DNA from: Candidatus Bathyarchaeota archaeon
GTDB lineage: Archaea > Thermoproteota > Bathyarchaeia > Bathyarchaeales > Bathycorpusculaceae
DNA: 64,000 bases
Direction: 5' to 3'
NCBI GenBank assembly: GCA_963733095.1
Contig: CAVTBV010000014.1
Location: 100,599-164,598 of the forward strand
Position 1 is the first letter of the stretch. Each line of letters opens with the position of its first letter. This document shows, piece after piece, positions 1 to 9,601 of the stretch. The position numbers were made by a program, and so were the translations under genes. Below the pieces are notes generated by a model, which made no database searches, was not told the origin of the DNA, and worked only from the letters and a program-made list of their open reading frames with translations.

Positions 1-293
1 TTAAAGGCAAATGGTTCGGCGTGCTCCGATGGCTCGGTATATCAGAAAACAACCAAGGCATAACCCTAAAATGGATCACAGAGGACGGCGCAATCCAAAT
101 AGCTGCCAACATACAAGGAACCGCCCTAAACATCGAAGCCAAATTCTTAACCAGCAACAACGTGAACCTGGCATTGAAGGCTTCATACCAGCTGATGTCG
201 CTTATAGGCAAACTCTGCATAACCTCACAACCCAGCAGACAAGTCATGGCAAGAAATGTAGGTTACTATAGCGGTTTCACGATGCCTGCCTAA
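1..293 (+). CDS. hypothetical protein, 5'-truncated by window edge
   Basis: Frame of ORF 21..293 stays open to the window start (KGKWFGVLRW...). Confidence 0.6.
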   Translation, partial: KGKWFGVLRWLGISENNQGITLKWITEDGAIQIAANIQGTALNIEAKFLTSNNVNLALKASYQLMSLIGKLCITSQPSRQVMARNVGYYSGFTMPA

Positions 294-364
294 TTTTGTG
301 ACTGACTTTGCCCATTCCTTAGTCAACAAATACCTTTTTGGCTATTAGTACTTCAGTGAAAAAT

Positions 365-1297
365 ATGGCTCAATTAGTTAACCCATTAGAAGTCTTAAAA
401 TCACTCTCAGAAGCAACAAGCACACTCATCAAGAAAACCTCCGAGTCAGTTGTTAGCGTCAAAGCGCAGATGTCAAGAGGCACAGGCGTTATCCTAACCA
501 AAGACGGCTACATAGTCACCTGCAACCACGTCCTTCAAGGCTGCGGTACCGTGAAAATCGGGCAAGGAGAAAAAATCTTCAACGCAAAAATCGTAGGCAC
601 AGACCCATACAACGACATAGCTGTACTCAAAGCAGAGAAAGGCGAATTTACACCCATCGAAACAGCGGATTCAGAAAAACTAAACGTAGGACAATACGTT
701 CTGGCTCTCGCTAACCCATTCAATAGAAACCAGCCAACAGCAACAAGCGGCATTGTAACAAGCGTGAACAGCACCATCAGAGGTTGGCGAGGATCAACCG
801 CGATGGAGAACGTCATCGCTACCGACGCACAACTAAACCCCGGCTTCAGCGGCGGACCACTCATCGACGTTCAAGGCAGACTAATCGGCATAAACACTGC
901 TTACGTTTGGCAAAGAGGCATAGCCATCCCCGTAAACAAGGTAAAAGCAATCACAGACCGTTTAATGACTGGAAAAGTCGCGCAAAGAGGATACCTTGGT
1001 ATAGTTGCCAACACAGTAGCCATTCCAGAGGAAATCGCTGAAGCCGCAGGCTTAGAGCAGGACACAGGCGTTATGATCTTTAGTGTTGAAGCAGGTTCAC
1101 CCGCGCGCAAAGCAGGTTTAGCAATGGGCGACGTACTCGTCAAGTTCAACGGCAAACCTGTTACCGAGTTCTATGACCTGCCAAGGCTCCTATCCGAAGA
1201 CGTAATCAACAAAGAAACCACCCTAACCATAATCCGAAGAGAAAACCTAATCGAAACAACCATAATCCCAACCGTTCATGGAGGCGAAGAAGACTGA
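365..1297 (+). CDS. htrA: HtrA/DegP-family trypsin-like serine protease with C-terminal PDZ domain, no signal peptide
   Basis: Catalytic motifs TCNHV, DIAVL, LNPGFSGGP; PDZ motifs GYLGI and SPA..AGL..GD. ATG at 365 preferred. Confidence 0.9.
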   Translation: MAQLVNPLEVLKSLSEATSTLIKKTSESVVSVKAQMSRGTGVILTKDGYIVTCNHVLQGCGTVKIGQGEKIFNAKIVGTDPYNDIAVLKAEKGEFTPIETADSEKLNVGQYVLALANPFNRNQPTATSGIVTSVNSTIRGWRGSTAMENVIATDAQLNPGFSGGPLIDVQGRLIGINTAYVWQRGIAIPVNKVKAITDRLMTGKVAQRGYLGIVANTVAIPEEIAEAAGLEQDTGVMIFSVEAGSPARKAGLAMGDVLVKFNGKPVTEFYDLPRLLSEDVINKETTLTIIRRENLIETTIIPTVHGGEED

Positions 1298-1443
1298 TAA
1301 GCCATGCACCAGTAGAAATTGAACCGCCCTCCCCCATGCCAGCGCCGCCCCTGCGTAAAAGACCCACAATAACCCCGCAATTCCGCAGCGTTCCACGAGA
1401 AGACCCATCTCTCCGATTATTCACAAATGAGCACTGGAACTAA
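1294..1443 (+). CDS. possible small proline-rich protein (49 aa, CTG start)
   Basis: Open frame (L)ISHAPVEIEPPSPMPAPPLRKRP...HWN* overlaps the htrA stop. GGAGGCGA lies upstream and a T-tract follows. Confidence 0.35.
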   Translation: MISHAPVEIEPPSPMPAPPLRKRPTITPQFRSVPREDPSLRLFTNEHWN

Positions 1444-1585
1444 ACTCACAGCCTTTTCTTTTTTTTGAACACATTTTTTTGTGCTGCTTTGCGTTTTCAA
1501 TGTACAGGTTTTGTTTTGTAAGATTACAAACTCCTTTGAATACCTTATAAATATATTCAACCTATTACTAGTTCGAGGGATTTGC

Positions 1586-1981
1586 ATGCATGCTGGACTA
1601 GCTTTCGTCATAGGTATTTTAGCTACTTTAGCGGCTTTTCTGTTCGTTGCTGCAATTTCCGGAACGACTTTCTATGGCTTAGCTGTTTCGATCGAGTTAA
1701 CCATTGGAATTGCATTAATCATTGTGGCTTTGATTGTGGCTGTCATCTTCTATATGGGTGTCGAAGCTCAGTTTAGGAGAGTAAAAACTGGCAAAGAAGC
1801 CCTAATCGGCGCCAAAGGCATAGCGACCTCGGACCTTAAACCCAAGGGTGAAGTCCGTGTGCTGGGTGAGTTCTGGGAAGCCACAGCCAAAGAGGCGAGA
1901 CTCGTAGCTGGTCAAATTGTAGAAGTCGTGGGAATGGAAGGCATGTTTTTGGTGGTTGTACCCGCCGAGCAAAAAGCTTAA
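1586..1981 (+). CDS. NfeD-like membrane protein (C-terminal OB-fold)
   Basis: Hydrophobic N-terminus, then TGKEALIG..G....L.P.GEV.V.GE.WEA. Directly upstream of an SPFH gene. Confidence 0.85.
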   Translation: MHAGLAFVIGILATLAAFLFVAAISGTTFYGLAVSIELTIGIALIIVALIVAVIFYMGVEAQFRRVKTGKEALIGAKGIATSDLKPKGEVRVLGEFWEATAKEARLVAGQIVEVVGMEGMFLVVVPAEQKA

Positions 1982-2021
1982 TTCCCAAAAGCGTAACATA
2001 GCACTAGTCGAGGAATGAAGT

Positions 2022-2891
2022 TTGGTTGACGTTTTAACTCCTATTATTGGTTTTATTGCTATTGTTGTTGCACTTTTTCTGTTAAGCGGTATTCGTGTGC
2101 TTAGAGAATGGGAACGTATGCCTGTTTTACGTCTTGGGCGCTTTATTGGTCTGAAGGGTCCAGGTATCATGTATCTGGTTCCGTTAATCGACCGTGCACC
2201 CCTAAAAATCTCCACACGCCTAGACACAATTCAATTCCGAACAGAATCCACCTTAACTAAAGATAACGTACCTGTAAATGTTGATTCTGTACTATACATG
2301 AAACCTGTCGATCTGGAAAAAGCTGTTTTGCAAGTTGAAAACTACTACCAAGCAACTCAGCTTGCGTCACAGACGACTCTGCGAGAAGTTATAGGCAAAG
2401 TTGACTTAAACGAGTTACTTGCTGAACGCGAAAAAGTCGGTGCACGCCTAAGAGAAATCATCGATGAAAAAACGGAGTCATGGGGCATCAAAGTTACCGC
2501 TGTCGAAGTTCGAGATGTCATCATCCCCGCCAACCTACAAGATGCTATGAGCCGCCAAGCACAAGCTGAACGGGAACGCATAGCAAGAGTAACCTTAGCC
2601 ACAGCAGAGTTCGAAGCATCAACAAAAATGATTGAAGCAGCAAAAGCGTACGAATCGAGCCCCGAGGGTCTAAGACTTAGGTGGATGAACATACTCTACG
2701 AGTTAGGTCAACAATCACAAACAAACACTATAATGCTTGTCCCAGCATCCATGCCTGAAGCTGGCTGGCCTCCAATTGGAACCTACGGCTTCAAAGACCT
2801 AACTCAGGCGCAACAGGCCCTATCAAAGAAGAAACCGATGCTACGAGCAGAACCGTTGCCGCCTGCACCATCTGAGCAAGAAAGTGAATGA
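2022..2891 (+). CDS. SPFH/band-7 stomatin-like (slipin) protein
   Basis: N-terminal TM, RLGR....GPG, TKDNV.V.VD, QTTLR, WGIKVTAVEVRD, RQAQAERER. Confidence 0.92.
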   Translation: MVDVLTPIIGFIAIVVALFLLSGIRVLREWERMPVLRLGRFIGLKGPGIMYLVPLIDRAPLKISTRLDTIQFRTESTLTKDNVPVNVDSVLYMKPVDLEKAVLQVENYYQATQLASQTTLREVIGKVDLNELLAEREKVGARLREIIDEKTESWGIKVTAVEVRDVIIPANLQDAMSRQAQAERERIARVTLATAEFEASTKMIEAAKAYESSPEGLRLRWMNILYELGQQSQTNTIMLVPASMPEAGWPPIGTYGFKDLTQAQQALSKKKPMLRAEPLPPAPSEQESE

Positions 2892-2933
2892 GAAGATTTT
2901 TTTCTTCTTTCTCTATTTTTTGCCAAAACGAAA

Positions 2934-3965
2934 TTAGATTTTAAAATTTGCTTTTACCGCTTTTACTGTATGCTCCAAAACAAGTGCGGCTGAATCTTGA
3001 TTGGGCCAGCCGCCTAGTCCGCAGTCAGGACCGGTAAAAGTCATCCTCTCACCATACTTTTCTTTGGCAGCACGGTACCTCTTTTGTATGCCTTCTACTG
3101 AATCCACTAACTGTTCATTGGATGGCTTGGTGATTCCTTTCTCGTAGAGTTCAGCCCAAATGGCATCGATGTCTGTTCTGGCGATGCCAACGCGGATTTG
3201 CTTGTCAGCTTTTTCGAGTACGCTCTTTGGGACATCTTCTATGTTCTTTGGAGAAGCTGCATATTCAAAAGATAATACATCGAGTCCTTTAACAGTAAGT
3301 AAATCATGGATTCCTGAAGAAAAATGAAGATGGATCTGCCTAACTGGACCCTTAAAGTCATAGGCTTTCTCGAGCGTTTTCCGAATTAATTCTGGGGTGC
3401 CTGTGAAGCTGCTGTGTCCAAGGCTGGGTTCATCTATGGATATTACTTTGGTTTCTATGTACTTGCTGTTTAGTATGCTGTTTTTTGCGAAGCGGTTAAG
3501 GGTTTGGGCAAACCCGTCTAGCACATCAGGGTAAGCTGTTGCACCAACTTCAGATAGGTACTGTTCGATGGGGCCGAAGATTGAAACTCGTAAATGGATT
3601 TTTTTGCCAAACTCTTCGCTTAGGAGTTTGGCTTCTTGGTTTAGAACGTAGATTTCTGGAAGAAACGCCCTCTCTTCGTCGACGACAAAAGAGCCCTTCT
3701 CCATAGCAGCATGGACGGCATCGCCCACCTGTCTTATTCCGCTAAAATGCTGAGGAAAATTCACAATATCTAAGCCTGTGCGAAGTTTTGTTTTAAAAGA
3801 ATCAACCACTATCGAGTAAAAGTTTCTTTGGATAAAATCGTCTTTTGCGGGGTCTTCATGGTTGATTATGGCTTGTCTTGCCTGTTCGTATGCTTTGGCG
3901 TAGGTTTCTCTTTTGATTCCATCAGGCAACGGGAAACTGCCAACATCGTCAACTAAAGTGTCCAT
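2934..3965 (-). CDS. single-barrel cobalamin-independent methionine synthase-like (core MetE family) protein
   Basis: DVGSFP, SIDEPSL, QIHLH, LSFEYA and GPDCGL motifs. Confidence 0.8.
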   Translation of the reverse strand: MDTLVDDVGSFPLPDGIKRETYAKAYEQARQAIINHEDPAKDDFIQRNFYSIVVDSFKTKLRTGLDIVNFPQHFSGIRQVGDAVHAAMEKGSFVVDEERAFLPEIYVLNQEAKLLSEEFGKKIHLRVSIFGPIEQYLSEVGATAYPDVLDGFAQTLNRFAKNSILNSKYIETKVISIDEPSLGHSSFTGTPELIRKTLEKAYDFKGPVRQIHLHFSSGIHDLLTVKGLDVLSFEYAASPKNIEDVPKSVLEKADKQIRVGIARTDIDAIWAELYEKGITKPSNEQLVDSVEGIQKRYRAAKEKYGERMTFTGPDCGLGGWPNQDSAALVLEHTVKAVKANFKI

Positions 3966-4037
3966 AAAGTATTATTGATTGGGGAAATTCTATTAAAGCT
4001 ATATCCTACCAACAAACCGCTGAAAGGTATGACTGTC

Positions 4038-4463
4038 ATGTCTGAGAATTGTATATTCTGCCAGATAATCCGAAAAGAAGAACCAGCATGCATCGTTTAT
4101 GAAGATGACCAAGTGGTGGCTTTTCTGAGTAACCGGCCCGTTAACGAGGGGCATACATTGGTGGTTCCCAAAAAGCACTACGAGAACATATATGAGATTT
4201 CTGAGGAGGAAGCGGGTTATCTGTTTAAGATTGCGAAACGGGTTGCGCATGCGGTTAGGGATGCAATGGGTGCTGAAGGCATAAGACTTGTGCAGAATAA
4301 TGGGTGGGCGGCTGGGCAGGTGGTTTTTCATTTGCATGTCCATATTATTCCAATGGCTCCAACTGAAGGTTTCATTTATGGTAAGGCTTTCCGTGACCAC
4401 GCAAATCCTAGGGAATCACTGGAATTGGAGAAGGATGCTGAAAAAATTAAGCAACGTTTTTAG
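4038..4463 (+). CDS. HIT family nucleotide hydrolase
   Basis: CIFC, GHTLVVPKKH, GQVVFHLHVHIIP (HxHxH). Alternative ATG at 4029. Confidence 0.93.
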   Translation: MSENCIFCQIIRKEEPACIVYEDDQVVAFLSNRPVNEGHTLVVPKKHYENIYEISEEEAGYLFKIAKRVAHAVRDAMGAEGIRLVQNNGWAAGQVVFHLHVHIIPMAPTEGFIYGKAFRDHANPRESLELEKDAEKIKQRF

Positions 4464-4616
4464 GAGCACATTAACATGCTGATTTTCAGTGATTAAAATA
4501 AGGGACTAAAGTTTATGTTAAGAGTTGGACAAGCAAGGGTTTTTTTGCCACAAAAATAGGCACATGTATAAAAGGGTGAAAAACAATCTTGCTCTATTCA
4601 AAAAGCTGGATAATAC

Positions 4617-4961
4617 ATGACTCAACAACCCAACGAGCAAAACAATAATAATGAATCATCCCCCAAAATAGAGAAACTTTTAATCGATGACCTCTCGAAT
4701 TTTCAGTTCCATGCTGCATACCTTGTTTATGAAGAATCATTCGATAAGGTAAGTGACGATGATTCTAAAGAGGCATTAAACCAGAGCATTCAAGATTTGA
4801 AAGATAACAAAATTTCAGCTGAAACCTTCTATGGAAACGTGTCTCGCTATAGGAAGCTAGATGTTCCTCGTCAGGAAAGGTTTTCTATGCAGACGCAGCG
4901 CAAGAAGGATTGGCGTAAGAAGACGCAGCGTCAAGAAAGAATAAGACGACACAAAAAGTAG
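4617..4961 (+). CDS. hypothetical protein with basic C-terminus
   Basis: ATG ORF of 114 aa with TATA-like TATAAA upstream and T-rich sequence downstream. Confidence 0.7.
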   Translation: MTQQPNEQNNNNESSPKIEKLLIDDLSNFQFHAAYLVYEESFDKVSDDDSKEALNQSIQDLKDNKISAETFYGNVSRYRKLDVPRQERFSMQTQRKKDWRKKTQRQERIRRHKK

Positions 4962-5119
4962 CCAATTAGCTTAATCCCTATTTCTTAATTTTGTTTTTAT
5001 ATTCAGTTTGTTCTTTGAAAATAGGTTCTTGGCATCGTTAAAGTTTAAACACGTTTAAACAATCTTTACGGAATCCTTAATTGCTTGCTGAAGTTGAAAG
5101 TAAAAAATAAAATTAGAAG

Positions 5120-5875
5120 ATGGTTCATTTGAAAACTCAAGATATTGCCGTTACAGGAATCTGTGCAGCACTCTATGCTGTTGTTGGAATCTCGACAGCA
5201 AACGTGAATTTTTTCGGTATAGGTTTCTTGCCGGCTGTGGTTATACCTGCCGTTTTCGCAGTGCTTTATGGTCCATGGGTGGGCGGAATCAGCGGAGCAC
5301 TCGGAATCTTCATACGGGATATGTTTGTGCATGGAAACGCCGCCTTGAGTTTAGTAGCTGGTGTGCCACCGAACTTCATACTGTTCTTTCTAATCGGCTA
5401 CATATCATATCGAAACATTAGCCTAAAACAGGTTATTGCAGGAGTAATAGTGGCTGCTGTAGCATTATTAGCGCCCACAATCATTCTTCTTCCAGACGTC
5501 ACAGCCTACACTGGATTATCAACTGAAATATTCATCCTGTCTTTCGCATCAACGTTTATTCTAAGTCTTGTCATTATCACTGCGGTTGCAGTTCGCTGGA
5601 AAGAATGGCGAAGCTACGCAATCGCAGCGGTGGTAGGGCAAGCTGTGGGAGCAGGTTTACTTTCAATTACTGTGTGGGCAGCCAGTCCTCTTTTTCTATC
5701 TTACTTTGGAGCCCCACTTTCTGCGTCATTAGTTTTTCCAATATTTGTTTGGACTTTCGCGACTGAACTTCCGTTCATTCTGCTTGCAGGACCCCCAATA
5801 ATTAAAATATGTTATAGGGCATTCCCCAACTTAAGACGCAAAGAAAAACAAGTGATAGGTATTGAAAAAAGCTAA
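5120..5875 (+). CDS. ECF transporter S-component (QueT/PanT-like)
   Basis: DIA...I.AALY, P.V....F..L.GPW.GG...A.G.FI.D pattern; multiple TMs; overlaps the pantoate kinase start. Confidence 0.8.
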   Translation: MVHLKTQDIAVTGICAALYAVVGISTANVNFFGIGFLPAVVIPAVFAVLYGPWVGGISGALGIFIRDMFVHGNAALSLVAGVPPNFILFFLIGYISYRNISLKQVIAGVIVAAVALLAPTIILLPDVTAYTGLSTEIFILSFASTFILSLVIITAVAVRWKEWRSYAIAAVVGQAVGAGLLSITVWAASPLFLSYFGAPLSASLVFPIFVWTFATELPFILLAGPPIIKICYRAFPNLRRKEKQVIGIEKS

Positions 5876-6794
5876 AGCCTTCGCACCAGGTGCAATCTCG
5901 AGTTTCTTTGAAATCCACGACACAGAAAACAACATGCCGATTGTTGATTTGGAGAAGATTGGTGCGGTAGGTGGGGGTTTTGGGCTTGAGAAGGGCGTTA
6001 TAACCACCGTATCTGCGCATGAAGCAGAAAAAAACAGCATAAACATTTTTATAAATTCTAAACCCGCCGCCCAAGCAAAAACCACAAAACAAGTAATTGA
6101 AACCCTTCTAACTAAAACAGAAACAAAATATGCCATCACCGTTGAGCACAAAATCGAAGTTCCCATTGGAACAGGGTTTGGCACCAGCGCAGGAGGCGCG
6201 TTGACTGCAGGTTTGGCGCTTAGGGAAGCTTTAGGGTTGCCGCTGACGTATAATCAGATTGGCAAAATAGCGCATGTTGCCGAAATCCAATGCCAAACTG
6301 GCTTAGGAACGGTGAGCTCCTTAACTTTTAGCGGGGGTTGCGTACTTGTTGTTGAACCAGGTGCCCCGGGCATCTGCCAAATCGACCGAATACCCCTAAC
6401 ACCCGATTACATTATTGTAGCTGGTTTTTTCCTATCAAACATTCTAACGAAATCCCTGTTATCTTCCCCTGAGAAAAAAAGGGAAATCAACCACTACGGA
6501 CAAGAAACGTTAAAAGCAATCCTTGCCCAACCGAGCTTGGAGAATTTTCTCGATTGTTGCTGGGAATTCTCGCAAAAAGCAGGCTTCGCAACCGACAAAA
6601 TTCGCAAACTCGTAGCGGCCGCAAAGAAGGCTGGTGCAGTTGGTGCAGCCCAAAACATGATCGGTGAAGCCGTCCACGCCGTAGTACATGAGGAGAACGC
6701 TGACTCGGTAGCAGAGGCTTTTAAACAAACCTTGCCCCAACAACAAGTAATAGTCAGCAATATAGATTTTCAAGGTGCAAGGCTGGTAAAATGA
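5862..6794 (+). CDS. pantoate kinase (GHMP kinase family)
   Basis: AFAPG.IS.FF, P.G.GFGTS.GG, AHVAE....GLGTV, QNMIGE are typical of archaeal PoK. Confidence 0.88.
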   Translation: MKKAKAFAPGAISSFFEIHDTENNMPIVDLEKIGAVGGGFGLEKGVITTVSAHEAEKNSINIFINSKPAAQAKTTKQVIETLLTKTETKYAITVEHKIEVPIGTGFGTSAGGALTAGLALREALGLPLTYNQIGKIAHVAEIQCQTGLGTVSSLTFSGGCVLVVEPGAPGICQIDRIPLTPDYIIVAGFFLSNILTKSLLSSPEKKREINHYGQETLKAILAQPSLENFLDCCWEFSQKAGFATDKIRKLVAAAKKAGAVGAAQNMIGEAVHAVVHEENADSVAEAFKQTLPQQQVIVSNIDFQGARLVK

Positions 6795-7273
6795 GAAAAT
6801 TTCGTAAAGTTGCGGTTGGCGGAACCTTCGATGAGTTGCATCGAGGACACAAGAGACTACTGGGTAAAGCCTTCGAAGTAGGCGACAAAGTCGTGATTGG
6901 CCTATCGTCTGACGAGTTTGTTTCAAAAATGGACAAACCCCACGCAACCGCACCGTACAATGAAAGGCGCAGAGACCTCGAAGCTTACCTGAAAGAGTTA
7001 GACTTTGCGAAGCGTTCAGAAATTGTGCCTCTAAATGACCCATTTGGATTAACTATCTCAAGTAAAGGCTTGGAAGCTTTAGTGGTTAGCAAAGAGACGC
7101 AGAAAACCGCCGAGAAAATCAATGAAGAGCGTCAACGTGCAGGGATTGCGCCTCTAGAAATCGTTGCTGTGAATATGGTTCCAGCCGAGAACAACTCTCC
7201 GATATCCACAACGCGCATACGCAGTGGAGAAATCGACCGCAATGGACACATGCTAAAAAGCATCCAAAGCTGA
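6791..7273 (+). CDS. coaD: archaeal phosphopantetheine adenylyltransferase
   Basis: GGTFDELHRGH, DPFG, LVVSKET, ISTTRIR.GEID; in operon with pantoate kinase. Confidence 0.9.
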   Translation: MRKFRKVAVGGTFDELHRGHKRLLGKAFEVGDKVVIGLSSDEFVSKMDKPHATAPYNERRRDLEAYLKELDFAKRSEIVPLNDPFGLTISSKGLEALVVSKETQKTAEKINEERQRAGIAPLEIVAVNMVPAENNSPISTTRIRSGEIDRNGHMLKSIQS

Positions 7274-7278
7274 CTTCC

Positions 7279-8067
7279 TTAGAGTATTTCTCCGACGACA
7301 TTGATTGGTTTAGCGATTAGCGAAGTTAAATCTTCGAGCTTCTCCCGGTCTATCGTTGCAAGAATTACTGTTGCTGGACCCGCTGACTTGTCCAAGTCTA
7401 AACCTTTCACTTCATAGAGTTTCAGTTGTCTGCCGACACCGTAGGCCATCATTCTGGCTTCACTGGCAATCCCGAACCCTCCAACCGGCGAGATATCGTG
7501 AACGTACTTTCGTTGAGACAGCTGGGTTACGTTTTTAAGGTCGGCAATTTCTCCTCTTGCCTCTGACGCGATGACTTCGTCTCCAACTTTAGGCTTGCCG
7601 ATTGCAACAATTAAGTCACCAGGCATAGTTTTTCCAAGTCTAAGGTCTTCTTCATTTGCAAATCCAACCACGGTTAACCCTGCACCTGTCTGGATCGTTT
7701 CAAAATTATCCTCTGTATTCTCCATCAATACCTGATTTGGGTCAAGACCTAAATTTCTAGCTTCACGCCGGATCCCTTCCATTATCGTGTTGCCCGTGGG
7801 GTCCTTTTCAACGCCCAAAGTAACAGATAATACCAGTGGAAAAGCCCCTGTTGCGGTAACATCCATTAATGCAACCCTTGCCAAGAACTTTCCCAACACC
7901 TGCCCATCCACTTTGACTTTATCCATATCCTTTGGACCTACCGCTCCAGAAGAAGTTGAGCCTGCGACAATAGCATGTCCAGTTGGAATTTTTAGGATTG
8001 AAACATCACCTCTTCGGGTGTAGGTTATTTGAGCGGGCTTTACTTGGAAGACTATGGGTCTTAGCAT
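7279..8067 (-). CDS. AIR-synthase/PurM-fold protein similar to alpha-ribazole kinase CblS, probably the C-terminal part of a frameshifted fusion
   Basis: G..G.K..D.VKV, ARVALM, TL.VE..PTG, TEDNF.T.QTG.G.TV.G, GKPKVGDEV, PVG..GI, LDKSAGPAT. Confidence 0.75.
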   Translation of the reverse strand: MLRPIVFQVKPAQITYTRRGDVSILKIPTGHAIVAGSTSSGAVGPKDMDKVKVDGQVLGKFLARVALMDVTATGAFPLVLSVTLGVEKDPTGNTIMEGIRREARNLGLDPNQVLMENTEDNFETIQTGAGLTVVGFANEEDLRLGKTMPGDLIVAIGKPKVGDEVIASEARGEIADLKNVTQLSQRKYVHDISPVGGFGIASEARMMAYGVGRQLKLYEVKGLDLDKSAGPATVILATIDREKLEDLTSLIAKPINVVGEIL

Positions 8068-8209
8068 GGTCGCCGACGTTTTCTGTTAGGTGAATGTAGA
8101 TGGTAAGGGCTTGGCGCATGACTTCTGAGCGGGTGAGGTTGTGTTTTTTTGCAAGTTTGTCGATGTCTGCGGTTAATTTGTTTGGTAGACGGACGTTTAT
8201 TATATCCAT
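8006..8209 (-). CDS. CopG/MetJ-type ribbon-helix-helix domain, probably the N-terminus of the downstream gene
   Basis: IINVRLP..L...ID.LAKK...TRSEVMRQAL; sequence after ...ENVG looks out of frame. Confidence 0.75.
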   Translation of the reverse strand: MDIINVRLPNKLTADIDKLAKKHNLTRSEVMRQALTIYIHLTENVGDHAKTHSLPSKARSNNLHPKR

Positions 8210-8219
8210 AATAACCAAC

Positions 8220-8228
8220 TGTATTACA
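8220..8228. promoter_or_regulatory. palindrome TGTA-T-TACA, candidate operator
   Basis: Lies 11-19 bp upstream of the RHH start codon. Confidence 0.3.
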
Positions 8229-8641
8229 ATCTTAGTGCGTTCGAGCATGCCTTTTATTGTTTACCCTAAAGATTTGATTGCCACCTTGGTTTATTAATTT
8301 GTGCACCAAAGTTTTTTCGCCTGATGATTATTGCAAGAGGTTGAGGTTTTTTGAGGCTTATAGGGTGTGACGCGTTCTGGATGTTTTTTTAATTCATTCT
8401 CTTCCTGGATTTTTAGTTTCGATTTTACCCGTTTTAAAAATTTTTTAAAAGTATATTCATATCGTTTGTTAAGTTTAGCGCTTGATTGAAAGGTGTACTC
8501 ACAAGCTTTGCAAAGAGGAATTTGTGATAGTCGAATTTGATTTAAGGTAAATTGATTAATTTTGGTCTTATTTTTCTGTTGAAGCGGATTAGCACAAATG
8601 TTATATGCATCATACGTTTACAAAAATTGGGAGGGTCAAAC

Positions 8642-9598
8642 TTGAAAAACAAAATTTTAGCTTTAAGTCTTCTTCTTATTTTAACAACAATGATGATAAT
8701 TTCCTTTTCGCCTCCAGTGAAGGCTGTAGGTGAAGGACAATGGATAACCACCTACCAAATTGAGGATTCATCGGGGCAACTTTTGGTTCAATACGACCCC
8801 CTAACCAATACAACTAATACTTTAGCGCCAGTTTTGCCTGGAGCCGACATTAAAGTAACCTTCACCGTTAACATCATTGCACTAGGTGCAGATACCCTGA
8901 GACTTTCCACCGTATTACAAAAATCCACGGCAAACCCCAGCGGCTACTGGGACCTTCAAAGCTCAACATACGATATGGGCTCCACATACAACCCAGCCGC
9001 ACAATCTACAACGTTCAAATGGACTGAGGGAACCTTTGACATGGTTCTCTATGGTAAAGTGCCAAACAGCGCCTCAAACGTCGCACAAACCATAAACGTT
9101 GTTAGCTTATACAGCGGGGCCGGAGGTTCTGCTATCGACCAAATAGTTGTGCAAGCTACCAGCGCAGGCTTAGCAAACTTTAACGTTCTCTACAATCAAC
9201 AACAAACAAAACTCAACAAACTCATTTCCGACGGTGTATCCCAAGGTTACATCGATATATTCACAAACGTTCTCAACGCCTCCAGAACAATAGCTAACGC
9301 AGGCGACGTCACCGATGCCATGGCTCTCTTGAACGGACTCAACACTACTAATGCACCAGTATCTTCAACGATGGAATCTTTGTTCCTACCGATAGTCGGT
9401 GTGTTGGCAGCCTTAGCGGTGGTGTTCGTGGTTCTGTTCCTTAGAATACGTGGAAAAGTAAGCTACTTCCAACTTGTAGTTGAAGACCAAATCAAAGACT
9501 TAGAAGGCTTAACACTTCGCGCATCGAAAATTGACAGGGCAATGTCCTCAAATCTTGAGTCCGTTAAGGACAGATTGAAAAGATTAGTTGGGATGTGA
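8642..9598 (+). CDS. secreted single-pass membrane protein with short cytoplasmic helical tail
   Basis: TTG start after GGAGGG; signal peptide KNKILALSLLL...VKA; TM LFLPIVGVLAALAVVFVVLFL; amphipathic ~50-aa tail. Stop lies 3-6 bp before the tubulin-like frame. Confidence 0.8.
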   Translation: MKNKILALSLLLILTTMMIISFSPPVKAVGEGQWITTYQIEDSSGQLLVQYDPLTNTTNTLAPVLPGADIKVTFTVNIIALGADTLRLSTVLQKSTANPSGYWDLQSSTYDMGSTYNPAAQSTTFKWTEGTFDMVLYGKVPNSASNVAQTINVVSLYSGAGGSAIDQIVVQATSAGLANFNVLYNQQQTKLNKLISDGVSQGYIDIFTNVLNASRTIANAGDVTDAMALLNGLNTTNAPVSSTMESLFLPIVGVLAALAVVFVVLFLRIRGKVSYFQLVVEDQIKDLEGLTLRASKIDRAMSSNLESVKDRLKRLVGM

Positions 9599-9601
9599 TA
9601 G

